Origin: Octopus vulgaris
Taxonomy: Eukaryota
Assembly (NCBI GenBank): GCA_951406725.2
Contig: OX597830.1
Location: 48,236,001-48,300,000 of the forward strand
Length of the DNA stretch: 64,000 nucleotides
Direction of reading: 5' to 3'
The position numbers and the translations under genes were made by a program. Each line of letters begins with the position of its first letter. Position 1 is the first letter of the stretch. Below, piece after piece: positions 1-14,252 of the stretch. The notes beneath the pieces are model-generated. The model did not search any database. It had not been told where the DNA came from and was given only the letters and a program-made list of their open reading frames with translations.

Positions 1-500
1 AGATTGGCTATCCTTGCTCGAGTGGTGGAGTCGGAGATTAGCAAAATCACGTGGGATTTCTTAATCAAACAGATCAAGTGCTAGAGCTAACAGACCGGAC
101 ATAGTTGTGGTGGGCCGCATATGCTATATCATTGATGCTGCATACTCCTTTGAAGTCAAGAAGGAAGGCGATAAAATAAATATATACAACCCTCTTAAGT
201 ACGAAAAACCTCGGTTATGGGAAATGAAGAAGGTGAAGATAGTCACAATTATTGCTGGATCCTTGGGGACATTTTCAGAAGGCACCATGAGAGGTATAAA
301 AGACATCGGAAAAAGGGCACAGTAGAACTGTAACAAAAGGTTTGCCTCCTTGGCAAGGCCATAATAATCAGGTAAATATTCAGTGGTGAAGCGGAGTGGC
401 TGCATGAAATCCAAGATACGTTAAGAAATATAGAAGCCCAAGAAGACATAATGATATGTACAGAAATGGAAAAAAAGCAATTAAGAAATTGACCCATAAT
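1..500 (+). mobile_element. Degenerate Dong/R4-type (RLE) non-LTR retrotransposon fragments
   Basis: TDQV..NRPDIVV, CYIIDAA, LWEMKKVKIVTIIAGSLG: C-terminal restriction-like endonuclease motifs with frameshifts. Confidence 0.6.
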
Positions 501-562
501 GGCAGAAGAGATCTCTTGAGCTCTGACACATTTGAATAGGAACGTGCAGAAACATTACTCTC

Positions 563-1360
563 TCAGATGCCCCAAATTGCAAAGTCCATGGGATTGACAT
601 CTAGACTTAGGAGAGGCCATATTTTCTTGTCTCCAAAACCGTTGAAATGCTCTTTAAACCACCTCTGTCTCAAATTGAATGTATGGGCCGGAGCCCTGTC
701 TAGAATGAAGGTGTAACGGTCACCAAAGGTTTCTGTGATCCAGGGTAACACTATCTCATCCAACATTTCCAAATAAACCTCACTGTTATCATTGACGCCC
801 AGAATCGATGAAGAGCGATGGAGGCTTGGACCCATCTGATGCATCTGTAACCCACAGTGTGAGAGAAGCTGTCTTCTGATGGCGTATATGAACCCTGTTA
901 CCGTCGGGCATGTCCCCTGCATTATGTGCATAAAGCCTGTCATTCTATTGGAAACTGCCTCCGCGGTGAATAGTTTCTATTCGGATCATATCAACACGCA
1001 TCATCTCAACTAACATAGTTTTAACCCTGTCGAGCCGTTTCTTCTTGGATGTTGTTGAAATTGACCGCTTGGATTGTTTCTTTTTTGCAGCAAGTTTTAA
1101 ATCCACTTTAAAAATCCTTTTCTTGCATCCTGCGGGGATTTCCGTTCATTCGTTTCTTCACAGCGTCAACATTTCAATTGTTCGCTTCCTACTAGGAATT
1201 GGCTTGCTAGAGGTTGTAGCGGACTCCATATATTGTTTCCAGGTATTGAACACTGTTTACGAAGCACATTCAACCGTTTTATTATGTCATCGTTGCTCAC
1301 TCTAGCTGCTCTCAAAGCGACAATCTGGTCATGTTTTGCGTTTGACGCCATATTTGCTTG
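563..1360 (-). mobile_element. Decayed Tc1/mariner transposase, DD37D (maT) type
   Basis: FILDRAPAHT...WPLLSLDVNPMDFAIWGI has 37 residues between the last two Asp; an N-terminal HTH-like piece MASNAKHDQIVAL lies upstream. Confidence 0.75.
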
Positions 1361-2034
1361 TAAGACAGTTTTAGACGAACGAAACAATAGACACATGAAC
1401 AAGAGAAAGAGAAAGAGAAGAAGAGGTATAGAAAGAGAGAGAGAGAGAGTTACTCAGGATTGTGGGCAATTCTGATTTGATCCAGTTTGAGGGTTTTCAT
1501 TCATTTGTGAGTAAGTTACCCTACTTTTTTCCCCATTTTCTTTGATTTATTTTTAAAAACAAAATCTGATTTACACATTCAGTTAAGCATCTTGTGTAAT
1601 TATTGTGCGTAATTTTAAAAACGCATATCATATTCTGTTTTATTATAAGATCCCTTTTCGTCTCCCTCACAAACTGATGTCATCCATACACAAATATTAC
1701 ACATCAGATATGCATTATTTTCTTCATCAAATATATTGAGAATATTCTCTGAGAGTCACATGACAAAACGGTCTTATAAAACTTTACATTTTCTCTTCCC
1801 TCTTCGGTAATCTTGTGTCTCAATCCGTTTCTAAATTTTCTGCTAAACACATCACTCAAAACTTTATTAGAATTTTAACTCTACAAACAAATATTTTTCA
1901 AGTCACGCTAATCTACATCGACCAGAGAAATCGCAGTCAATTTTCAAATGCTAACCGTATTGTCTCTCTTTGGACTAAAACATAGAATACAAGTCAAGGA
2001 ATGAAAAAACACAAGAAGATTCAAATTTGTTTAC

Positions 2035-2292
2035 CGTCTCCATACTTGGTCGGCACAGATCTTCTCAACTGATAAAAATGGGTTTTATATTCTCTTATTA
2101 GCATCCTCTCTGTTGAGTCTTCTTCGTATAAAATACAGCTTGGACTTATCGTTCTGTTCACGAAGGATTTACATGCAGAAGTTTCAAAACAACTCTTCGA
2201 ACAGTTGAAGGCATCCACGTCAAGTGTCATCAATGTTTTGGCATCTTTCAGACCGGCGTTTGGTACTTTCATAAAATACTTCAGATATTCAA
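2035..2292 (-). CDS. Copy A coding exon 3, PAN/apple-like domain 1; the gene presumably continues beyond the window start
   Basis: 258 nt, intact splice sites, open frame, CSKSCFETSACKSFVNRTISPSCILY. Confidence 0.85.
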
Positions 2293-2849
2293 CTGTAACA
2301 AAGCCAGGCAAATTTAACAACCAAAATACGAAGACGAAAATAAAACATTGTGAAAATAGATAATAATAAAGATAGAAAATATTAAATGTTTGAGGATCAG
2401 CATTGATATTTTTACCAGGAAGAAGTGACAGAGTTGTTACTACCATAGTGTAGGTACAAAGCATCTTGGGATATATAATCTGTTTAATGAAAATGACTGC
2501 GAATGAGTCTTTAATGTTGTTTAATTAATTCTATTATTTAAATGATTCACAAGTTATATACTATAATGTTTAACGGTTGTCTGTTGTAAAGAATGTCCCC
2601 TAATACCAGCCCTTTGTTTTATTTAACAAAATGCTTACAAACTGACGTAAAACTGAATTATCACCAATGGAAATTATGTTAAGAATCGAATTCTTCATAA
2701 TACGAGATTTATCTTGATTCTTCTTTTCATCTAATTTACTTAGAGAAGGAAAATATTTTCCTCCACTGAACTTATAAATTAATGTTTTGAGTAGTGATTT
2801 TCATAATTTTCATAGATATATGTCTATATATTGATATAAATTTACTTAC

Positions 2850-2885
2850 GTCCATTTCCAAATGTCAGTGAGATGTAGAAGAGAA
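2850..2885 (-). CDS. Copy A coding exon 2 (FLFYISLTFGNG)
   Basis: Identical to copy B exon 2, with intact splice sites. Confidence 0.75.
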
Positions 2886-4077
2886 CTGCAACGAAAATTT
2901 ATTTTGGTAAAAAATTTCATATTTCATATTCACGTTTAGCATTAATTTACAAACAATAAAGATGAAAGGAATAAGAAAGAAAAGTGCTACAAGCATAATT
3001 CAGTAACAAATACGGCAATGACCACCACTACATCACCATAAAATTATCCATTGAAATAATGAGTGAGAGCGACAAATTGGAGAGGGATAGAAAGAGATGG
3101 AACATAAGAGAGAGGGATAGGAGAAGTGAGGGTGAGATAAAAAGAGAGAGGAGCAAAAATAGAAAAAGAGAAAGAAAGAAAAAGAAATGTTATTTGTTTC
3201 AAACGAGATTAGAAGCATCAGTATTTCTTGGAAGAGAACATTCTAGACACTTCAGAGACTTTAGTGAAAGTATTACGTATAACTTGTTCGTAGAATTAAC
3301 CACCTTTTTATAAAGGCGAGTCACCACTTTTATAACGGGTTGATTCTATCTTATTTATAGAGTGATTATTCTCCTGAGTAGACTTTTCTAAGTCCACGTC
3401 GGCTTGTCACCAATATATAAGCTTGTGTTGGATAATCTGGTGTAGAATGTTTTTGACTTGGAAAAGATAATAAATATAGATGTTTACTGAGTAGAAATCT
3501 ATAGTGATAAACCGGTCACTTATAACTTAACTATAAGTGTTATCACTATACATAAATCTTAACTCAGGCTGCGTAAGCACCGTGATGAATTATACACCAA
3601 GACGCTGAAATGTACATGTTGAAAGGTCACCGCCATAATAACAGTTTCATGGATACAGAAATAAATCTCATTAACAGGTTGAAGAAAATGAAGAAAGAGA
3701 AATTATTTACTAAATTAGTTTAATTACGTACATTTAATATTTACAGTACATTTAGAAGTCAAAGAAAATTGTCGTAGAGAGTTACGACATAAAATTTATA
3801 TTAACTAATTCTTCCATACGAAACTAGCAGAGTTTTACACAACGATTCAAAATAGTCCTGTTGGATTTAAGTAATAGAGATGGCATAAAAATAGCCAATA
3901 TCTCAAGAGCGGGAGTGTCGTGGAAATGAAGGACAACCAACGAACACTGAGGGTGAGTGTCGTGGAATCTAGTGACAACCAACGCTCCCTGATTAATTTT
4001 TATCTCACTGGACAAGGGATAGGCCTAGTTCAGAAGATTTAGGTCATGTTAATATTCACCCATTTTATATATATATG

Positions 4078-4110
<33 letters not shown>

Positions 4111-4117
<7 letters not shown>

Positions 4118-4910
4118 TAAAAGAAATAAAACATATGCATATATATAAACATATATGTACGTACCTACCTCTACATGTACATATACACGCATATATGAGT
4201 ACAGGACACCAAAGGGACGTCGAACACATAGAGAAACGAAAACATAGACACAAACCAAAGGAACAGGACATTTTTTTAAAAACAACAAAAAATGGAGTAC
4301 AGGACAGTTAACACAACGAAAAAACCCCTTCTTCAGTCGCTAAGGTTTCATCTACTCTACGTTTCGAAGGATAAAAGCGAGACGTATCTTCGACAAGAAA
4401 CTTTCCTTCCTGCGAAAAGCAAATCAATTAAAATTCTGAGATCTTTTCGCAGAGGGGTAAAAAATGTTTAAAAAACGGTAAAAAAAAAACGAGACAGTAA
4501 CGACAGTACAAAAATATAAACAGTAAAAAAAATATATATATAAACTGTAGAAAAAAAAAAAATTATATATAACAGTAAAAAGACAGGACAGGGAGAACAA
4601 GATAAGAAGGGCTGTTGACGCCGAACGAAAAAAGTATTGCAAACGCTAATTTTTTGTGAACGACGAGAGAGCAGGAAAAGTCGTCCAGTAGCCTTAAAAG
4701 GCGGGCGAGAAAGACCGTTAGCAGTTACGGCGGAAGTATCGTCGCAGATGGACGACGGGAATGGGGGAGGAGGAGCAAGAGGAAGGGAGAGAAGAAAGGG
4801 AATGGTGCGAGGAGACCATGAAGAATGGTGAGGGGGAGAGAGAGAATGAAGAATGAGAGAGAGGAGGAGACAAGTTAAGTGAGGGAAAAAAGACGAAAAG
4901 GGGATGGGAT

Positions 4911-4945
<35 letters not shown>

Positions 4946-5545
4946 GAGCAGAGTGCGCGTGAGAGTTAATATCAAGGCGAACTTGATATACAGAACAATC
5001 TTACTTAAGAGGGTGCGTGCGTTTAGTCGTATAATATATTAATAAAAGAAATAAAACATATGCATATATATAAACATATATGTACGTACCTACCTCTACA
5101 TGTACATATACACGCATACATGAGTACAGGACACCAAAGGGACGTCGAACACATAGAGAAACGGAAACATAGACACAAACCAAAGGAACAGGACATTTTT
5201 TTAAAAACAACAAAAAATGGAGTACTGGACAGTTAACACAATGAAAAAACCCCTTCTTCAGTCGCTAAGGTTTCATCTACTCTACGTTTCGAAGGATAAA
5301 AGCGAGACGTATCTTCGACAAGAAACTTTCCTTCCTGCGAAAAGCAAATCAATTAAAATTCTGAGAGCTTTTCGCAGAGGGGTAAAAAATGGTAAAAAAA
5401 CGGTAAAAAAACGAGACAGTAACGACAGTACAAAAATATAAACAGTAAAAAAAAAATATATATATATATATATAAGGAAATGAAGAAAATTTTCTTCATT
5501 TCCTTTCTTTATATATCACAACTCGTGTTCCACATCTCCTTTTTT
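4111..5545 (-). mobile_element. Left-arm-specific insertion in a (TA)n tract with two ~430 bp direct repeats (4111-4540, 5036-5465); probably a Penelope-like pLTR remnant
   Basis: Absent from the right arm, which has only (TA)n at ~23430-23508. It shows tandem partial repeats, CGAAACGTA/CTGAAGA words on the - strand and a perfect 32-bp palindrome at 5474-5505. Confidence 0.55.
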
Positions 5546-5894
5546 AAATATATATATATATATATATATATACATTTATATATATGTATATATATATATA
5601 TAGATATATAAGCATGTATGTATGCATGTATGTATGTATGTGTATGTGTATTTGTGTATGTATGAATATATGTATACATACATATATGTATATTCATTTG
5701 TAATATATATGTATAATCATGTGTATATATATGTGCATACATATAAAAACACACATACACATATACATACATACATGTATAATTGCATAAGTTGGAGTAA
5801 TAAGAAGGAATACGAAGGCACATTTATTTGGAAACCCTACAATTGTTTCCACGCACCGCAGTCTTTCATTTTGGCAGGAATTTGGTTATGCATA

Positions 5895-7996
5895 ATTTGG
5901 TTAAACATAGACTCCAAAACAACATGATGTCTATCATCAATAGTCAGCGAAGAGCTGAAGAGGCCTGGGCCATTGAGAATATCAAACTCAATCCCAAAGT
6001 GTTCTTTTCATTTGCAAAAATACACAGAGTCATTGATTCTACTGTTGGCCCTCTGATTGATGAAAATGGTACTCTTCAAGACAATGCCAAAACCATGGGA
6101 GAGATATTGCAGAAACAATATTGCTCTGTTTTCAGCAATCCTGATATGACTGATCTGGGATGTATCAGTGATGTTAATCCCCAATACACTTTATCGGGCA
6201 TAACCTTTGGCGCTCCTGATGTCTTAGCAGCAATAAAGGAAATGAAGCATAATTCAGCAGTAGGTCACGATAGGTTCCCTGCTTGTGTCTTGAAGATGTG
6301 TCAAAACCAACTTGCACCCCCTCTAGCCAATCTGTGGCGGAACTCGCTGGATGCTGGATATATACCAGAAGACCTTCTATCCCAGTCTGTTGTCCCAGTT
6401 TTCAAAAAAGAAAACAAATCGCTTGCCGTGAATTACCGTCCAATCTCACTCACCTCTCATATCCTTAAGGTATTTGAGAGAGTGCTGAGATCGCGTATGA
6501 CTCACTTCCTTGAGAGTCATAATATGCTGAACTCCAACTAGCATGGATTCCGTAATGGGAGAGATTGCCTGACGCAGCTACTGCATCATTTTGATGACAT
6601 TTTGAGAGCCTTGGGAGAGGGTTCCAACACTGATGTCATCTACCTTGATTTCAGCAAGGCCTTTGACAGGGTTGATCATAAGATCCTTCTGAGAAAGCTG
6701 TCCAATATTGGTGTCACTGGAAAGCTGCTGCAGTGGATCAAGTGCTTCCTGTCTAACAGAACCCAACATGTTGTAGTCGAAGAAGTCAAATCCAGCCCAG
6801 CCAAAGTCAGCAGTGGTGTCCCACAAGGCACTGTGTTGGGCCCACTTCTCTTCATCATCTACATAAATGATATTACTGACACCATCAAACACAGTAACAT
6901 CAGAACCTTCGCTGATGATTCCAAGCTCCAGAAGGTCATCAATGGCGTGGATGACCGAATAAACCTTCAGTCAGACCTACTGGGTGTTGTCCAATGGGCG
7001 GAAAAGAATAACATGTTGCTAAACGAAGACAAATTCGAACTGATCCACTTTGGAAGGGAGGATGCTCTGAAACTCCCATACTACCTTCCTTCTGGAGAAA
7101 TTCTCACGGCGTCCAACAACATTAGAGACTTGGGAGTAACAGTGGACAACAACATAAGCTGGGCTACACATATAAGCAGCAAAGTTGACATGGCCCGCAG
7201 AATGTGTCCCTGGATTCTCAGAACCTTCCAGTCAAGAGATTCCCACACTATTTGGGCACCGAGGCCCATTCGAGCAGAGAGTTATTGTTTGCGGAGACAT
7301 ATCCGGGTGTGGGTGGTTTGTCCGGGACTGTTATCCTTCTGTTATCCTTCTGTTCTCCTTCTATTATCCTTCTGTTCTCCACTTTTGCCCACCCCACCTT
7401 GAATACTGCTGTCCACTGTGGTCTCCCTACACAAAACAAAATATTATGAGAATTGAAGCTCCCCAAAGGTCAATCACAAAAAAGATAGATGGCATGTCAG
7501 ACCTTGACTACTGGGGTACACTAGAGAAGCTGAAACTGTATTCACTCCAACGACGCCGTGAACGCTACATTATCTGTATGATGTGGAAAATATTCCATCA
7601 GCACTGTCCGAATGATGTTGGCATCACCTTCAAAATACATCCAAGGCTTCGACCACGTGCCATCCGTCCACAACAAAAATCTAAATCGCATCACATAACG
7701 ACAATACGGCACAATTATTTCATCTCAATTGGACCCGCTCTCTTCAACATTACACCAGGACACGTCAAAAAAGAAACTGACCACACAAAATTCAAGAAGT
7801 CTTTGGACAAATTCCTTCAAACAGTCCCGGACAAACCACCCACACCCGGATATGTCTCCGCAAACAATAACTCTCTGCTCGAATGGGCCTCGGTGCCCAA
7901 ATCCTGAATTGAAAGACTTCGCCAGGTGGTGCTATTAAGTTAGATATGGCCTGGGCCAATACTGGCCAAAACATTTCCAAGTTATTCTAAGTTATT
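5895..7996 (+). mobile_element. 5'-truncated CR1/L2/jockey-group LINE (reverse transcriptase), disrupted
   Basis: NYRPISLTS, DFSKAFDRVDH, SGVPQGTVLGPLLFIIYIND, FADDSKL and PHLEYCCPLWSP motifs; in-frame TAG at 6539; (CYAAGTTATT)2 3' tail; CATA on both flanks; empty site in the right arm near 23120. Confidence 0.93.
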
Positions 7997-8842
7997 CATA
8001 CGTTTCTCTGCATTGAGAAATCTTGTTGTGTCAACGGGTCGTCTGCATGTAACGTTATTAAAATATAGTCACATGGCAATCGTTCCTTGTGATACTCAGT
8101 GGTAAATAAAATATTGATTAATTGGTATAAACTGGTATTAATAAAGGAGTATTGAGGCAAAGGAACTTGTTAATTATATATTAAGAAAATTATAATCTAA
8201 GCAGGTTTTTTTATAAGTAATGAATATACCAGTATATTATGAATTTATAGAGATACAAAAATTAGAATTAATTTTATAAATAAAGGCTAATTATAAAATA
8301 ATAAAGAAATGCGATAAATGATCAAGTAGGGCAGAACACCATAGAAAAGGAAATAAAATAACTTAATTACTAAAACTTATGGTAAAGCATATGTAGCTTA
8401 TTAACACCAATAGAGAAGAATTTTAGAAAAAGTATAATAATTCAAAATATATTAGACTAAAAATTATATATTTACTTATTTAGCTAATATCAATAAAAGA
8501 CAAATATCTGGTATCAGCTAATAAATCATATTTTACACTAATGTTTTCTTTTTAAATTAAGCGTTATATCATAGATTTAAGAAGTTAATATTGTTACTCC
8601 CTACATGATATTTATAGTTTCTTAGTTGTACTTGTTTAGAAGGGTTATTTATATAAAGGCCCTTGTCAATACTAAGATCAGTAGGGTAGAGCCATTTAAG
8701 AAAGAGATAAATCAAGTAATTTCTTAAGATCTTTTCAAACAATATTGTCTTGTTGTATTAAGTTAAAATTTAGGGTAATCAAGAAGATTATTAAGAATGA
8801 AATTTTAACATAAGGATAAAAATTCTTTGAATATTTGGAGTA

Positions 8843-9361
8843 CCGTAAATCCTCGAGTATAGTCCGCCATTGAGTATAACACGCAGGGGATTTTTGTGGT
8901 GGGGGGGTGCTGTACATCTGAAAAACCTAAACCTTGTGTATAATATGCACTCCTTCTCTAACTTGAGTCAAGGAGGTCTATATAACGTCCTTGGTTTGTA
9001 AAAATGTATATGGTAACGTCCTTTATTATTATTGTATATATAACATAGTGGGAACGTGTAGTATTTTTATGCATTTTGCTTTCAGAAAATAAAGAGATAA
9101 CAGTAATAACGTTTAAGAAATGTTGCTTACTGCAAGTTATGGATGATTCTTTTATGACTTCATTGCTTTCAGGTTTAGCTTAAGGTATTTTCACGCCCGA
9201 CATCACAAAAGGCGTCTGATTAAACATAGCCAGAGAGCAAATAGAGACTCTGACATAGCTTAGAAAATAATTTTCATTTTTAACCTCGTATATAGTACGC
9301 AGTAGGTATGTTGATCTTTAGATTTTAGGAAAAAATGCGGATTATACTCGAGGATTTACGT
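8843..9361. mobile_element. MITE with CCGTAAATCCTCGAGTATA TIRs and TA flanks (right-arm copy 21919-22262 is internally deleted)
   Basis: ~25 bp terminal inverted repeats flanked by TA, no ORF. Confidence 0.7.
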
Positions 9362-9562
9362 TATATACCAAAGTTTTACCACAATAGAGAGAGAGTAGAA
9401 AATTGCATTACTTTTGAAAATCCTTGTTGCTTATTTTGATTTTAATCACCTTACTTTGAAATTGTATGGATAATACGGTACTAAATTCTGGTCCTTCAGC
9501 TTAAGTACCATATTCATGTGAATCTAAATTTTTGCTGAACTCATACATATATATATATATAT

Positions 9563-9603
<41 letters not shown>

Positions 9604-9699
9604 TATATACAAAATGTGTTCTTGTGGGGTCTCAGTCGTGATGGCTAAATTCTTCAATAATTAAAAGCATATTAATTATACAATAAAACATTTACTTAC

Positions 9700-9730
9700 A
9701 AATAATTCGAAGATAATTCCTCCTCAACAT
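9700..9730 (-). CDS. Copy A coding exon 1 (MLRRNYLRII)
   Basis: Reverse complement of copy B exon 1, with intact ATG and GTAAGT donor and a Q-to-R change. Confidence 0.72.
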
Positions 9731-9863
9731 CCTGTCTGTTTTCTAGGTAGAAATGGCTGTCAAGAGCGAGATGTTACTTGTTTGAATTTATCTTCTTAAT
9801 GAAGGATAATCATTAGATGAACTTCGTATCGATTTATCACTATTAGCTGGCATTGTATTCCAC

Positions 9864-9899
9864 AACTGATGTGTTTGCATCTATTCAATACACTTTATA
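9864..9899 (-). promoter_or_regulatory. Putative core promoter of copy A (TATA box and initiator)
   Basis: Mirror image of 21439-21474: tttata at 9894-9899 and aactga at 9864-9869 on the + strand. Confidence 0.45.
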
Positions 9900-11865
9900 A
9901 AGATACTCCGGGTGAAAAGGTATTGACTTAACGATTGAGAGGGCATAAGATCACCAGATGATACATATAAATATATATATGTGTGTATGTGTGTGTGCGT
10001 GCCGGTCTGTGTGTATGCATGTGCATGTACGTGTGTGTATGTGTGTGTGCTTTTGCATGTGTATGCGTATGCATGTTTATACTACTACACAAAAATACCA
10101 ACAACTTCATCAAAAACAAATAAAGCAACCATTGATAAATTTCGTATCTAAAGACTTTGCCGTTTTTCATTCTTTTAAAAATTCCAATAATTCTTAAATG
10201 TGACATTTCCTGCTGTGAGTTGAAACTAAAAGGTCGCACTCATTTATAAAGTATATTTCCACTAGCGTTATTAAAATAATGACAGTTATTTCATGCCAAC
10301 TTCTATCGTACACCATCAGCTATTTTAAGATCGTCAGAAAATACGAGCTCCTTCAACATGTAACAATAACAATCTCAGATAAAATATTTCTTCTTTCTTT
10401 GGACTTAGAAACTAAAGTCTTGAAATAATTCTCTCTTCTCATCTCTCGTGTAGTTTCTAAACAGTCATCCTTTTGTCACACACATAATGATAAGGAATAT
10501 CAATATGCAACCGGCGTCTTGTATTTCTATATCATTTACTAAGGACAAACCATGATGGTAGAGGCGTGTTACGACGGGCAGCTCTTCTCTCTCTCTAACG
10601 CTTCTTTCTCATTACTTTCTCTGTAAAAGACAGATTCTTGCTGTTGCACTGGCAGCGTGTATAACAGTATGGGGTCTGTTATATATTTTCATCATATACA
10701 ACTTCAACGTCCATCTTCCTTTTACTTATATTAAATTTAATGTTTTTGTAGCTTTTATAGAGTTACTTGAATATTTATTTCATTGACTTGGTAGTCGGAC
10801 ATATTTGCATATTTACATGCGCTTTGAAAGTACGACATTGGTCCTTTTTTATTGAGGACTACAAACCTATTATTAACTTTATAAACTTGTATTGTCCCAC
10901 CTTGGCGCCACCTGTAGCATGTATAACCAGTGTCATTTGCTCATGTTTCTTCAAGAAATTCGCTAGGAATCTTCTTTGACAGTGTCCGTTCACCATGCAA
11001 ACATCCTCTCAGGTGTCTTTCACTCTCAGGTCCATGCTTCATGCGTGTTGTTTTAAAATATCATGAAACAAATGCTCAGTTTCTACGACAGAAGCTTCGC
11101 GCGCACACACACACGTCTAATGACCGTGAGGAATATTATTCTTTTTCTGTTGCTGTATCAGTCAGATAGATTCCTATTAAGCTGACGAGATTTCAGAACT
11201 TATAAAGAAATTAATAGGAGATCCGGACGAAGGGACACTATAAGCAGTGTAGCAAAGGATGTTCAACATTCTAACATATTGGTAATCAACGATAAATGAT
11301 GATATCAGCAATTTAAACAATTTCACGATCTCTTGCACACTCAGAAATTATCAAGTTTAATTACAAAGTAGAAATCTTACTAACATAGAACTGACGATAA
11401 GAATTTGAAATTAAAACTACAAAATGTTCACTTTACGCGATGATTCAAGTAATATACAACTTATTTGGACGTGGATCAAGTTTGGAGAAGAATTATGAAA
11501 ATACATTTGATATGATGATTAAGTGGATCTCCGTTGATTTCGACGATGAATTCGATCCTCAGGACAACTTACTCATTGAATTAGTGTACAAGTCGCAGAA
11601 CATTCTATTGATAGGTGTACACTTAACGTAATTCTCAGATAGAACCAGACTGAGACAATGCGACACGGTTTCACCTTTAAATTAGAACTGTTATCAACTG
11701 GACGGGATTCTACACAGTTTTTCCGTAATTTCACTTACAAAGCTTTGGTCGACTCGAGTCTGTTGAGCGCTGAGCCACTTACACATTAATTTCAGGAGTT
11801 GGCTGTTCTTATGATTGGATTAAGTGGAACACTTGTCGTCGTGACCAACGGAGTGGCGTAGTAAG

Positions 11866-11905
<40 letters not shown>

Positions 11906-14167
11906 GGGTGTGTAAACATCGAATTCTATAACCAAGCAGTGATAATGTAGAAAAGTTTAGACAGATATTGTTGTTGTGTTAGCTATTAGTTCGTCCGTCG
12001 TTGTCGACGATGACTAATGAGATCAGATGGCAGAAATAGATACAAGTTGTGTCTAGTTGCGGTCGATTAGTCTGATGCGTGTCCAGAAGGCTCTGCCGCA
12101 AGAAGCCAGGCACCGGTGATCTGCTGGGGATTGAAGGAAAGGAGTTGTTGGCTCAGGACTTGCGTAGTTTGCGTTTTCTTTCTGACCATGGAAAACTGTT
12201 TTGTTCTCAGGAGGTGGCACCGTTGTTGGAGCGGAACCATATGTGAGAAAGGCGGACGGATTACTCCGAACAGCACCACATGTTCCCTGTCAGAGCTATC
12301 ACATCACCCACATACCCGATGCACCACATCTTTATAGTAGAGTGAGTAGAGAGATGCAATAATACACGTGAACTGTATTGTCAACCTCCAATAATTCTAC
12401 AGCTTCTACCTTTGAACTTTGACATCTCTACACAAAACCAACGACAACTGATCGCACATTATTATCAATCCCACCCCTCCCACTCATCTCCCAACTTTCC
12501 ATTTCTACTACCCTACCCAACTCAATACTCTCATTATTAACCCACTTCCTCTCACCATTTCCTGTCTTAATATTTCTCATAACCCCACCGACCCTCCTAC
12601 TTCCTTTCTTCATTACGGATTGTTCTCCACATTTAATCATTCCATCTTTGAATTTCTCTGCATTATCATCTGAAATGTAAGATCTTCTCTACCCTAACGA
12701 CGGAGGTTCGATTTGTCCAATGTTGATTATTTCCATTACGGCCGCATTTTGTCATGAAGTAAATCTGTCAACATTGTGATGGAACTTTGAGCCCCCAGAA
12801 ACAACCCTTGAACTTTATATACATATTTCATAACCAATCTGTTATATTCAATATATCAAAATTGTTTATCTGCATAATTGACTCTCTCTTTCTCTCCTCT
12901 ATATCCTCTCTCTCCTCTTTCTCTCTCTGCATGCTTCTCTCTCTCTCTCTCTCTTTCTCTTTATATGTATATGTGTGTGTGTGTCTGCGTGTGTTTGTGT
13001 GAGAGTGTGTATGTGTGTTTGTCCCTAACCACCGCTTGACAGCCGCTGTTGGTGTGTTCGATAAAACAGACAGATATAAAGAGTACCAGGCTTAAAATAA
13101 GTGCACTTAACCGGAAATTCTTCAAGGCGATGCACCAGCTTGGTCGCAGTCTAAAGATGAAATAGATAAATAATTTGAATCAGCTGGCAGAATAATTTGG
13201 ACATCGGTGAAAATGGTGAGTGGCATTTGGTCTGTCATTACGCTCTGAGTTTCAATATCCGTCTATCTCGACTTTGCATTTCCTTTCTCCGGGGGTCGAT
13301 AAAAGAAGCGCCAACAGAGCACTGGGGCTCGTTGTAATTGACATACCCTTCCCCCGAAATTGCTAGCCTTCTGCTAAAATTTCAGAAAAACAACAAACTA
13401 TAGTATGTTGTATTTATAATATTTGTTGCAAAGAATGATATAAATGTATGTATATCTATGTATAAGTACAAATGTGAATGTTATAGACGTATCGGTGTGT
13501 GGTAAATTCGTTGTGGCTACGATCGTTGTTATTGTTCAACTATGTCCGTTCATGAATGAACTGGCATCTGATACAAGGGCTTCTCCTTCTCAGCCATCTT
13601 GCCTTTCATTTGCCTTCAAGGAATCATTGACTACATTATCTAATCTGTACCTTACTGTCGGTTCGGTCCAACCTCTGGCAAAACGGTTTGAGTATCGCAC
13701 AAAAATGCTATGCTCTAATTACTTACGGCTCTTAGTTGCGGATCTTATTTACCACTCTTTGTTATTGTCCTTAGTTACGGCCTTTAGTTACCGTCCCTTG
13801 TTATAGTCCGTTGTTATGACCCTTAGTTATCGTCCTCTGATGTAGTCCTTAGTTACGGTTTTTCGTTACAGTTTGTACTGAAATCACGATGAGGTCAATC
13901 CTCCCGGAATCAACCAAGTTAAGTATCAGTCAATGGAATTTGTAGGAAATGCGAATGAAATTGCAGTCGAAGAATAAGAACTGTAGCTCCTGCAATGATT
14001 GGTAGATCGATTTTTATTCATTTTGTATCGATAAAACTTATATACCACATTTGAAAGGGATCACAAACATTAGTGTGCAACTGGTTTGATGTTGCGCATT
14101 TTTGTAGTCCTGAATAATTGATTTGTGCAGTGGCTTTCTACTCTCTTTTAACTGTTTGGGGATCTTC

Positions 14168-14220
14168 GTATGTATGTATGTATGTATGTATGTATGTATG
14201 TATGTATATATGTATGTATG

Positions 14221-14252
<32 letters not shown>

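Noticed and set aside
13745-13870. CRISPR-like spaced repeats (ccttagttacgg units)
   Set aside because: A degenerate short minisatellite without unique constant-length spacers, in a eukaryotic context with no cas genes.
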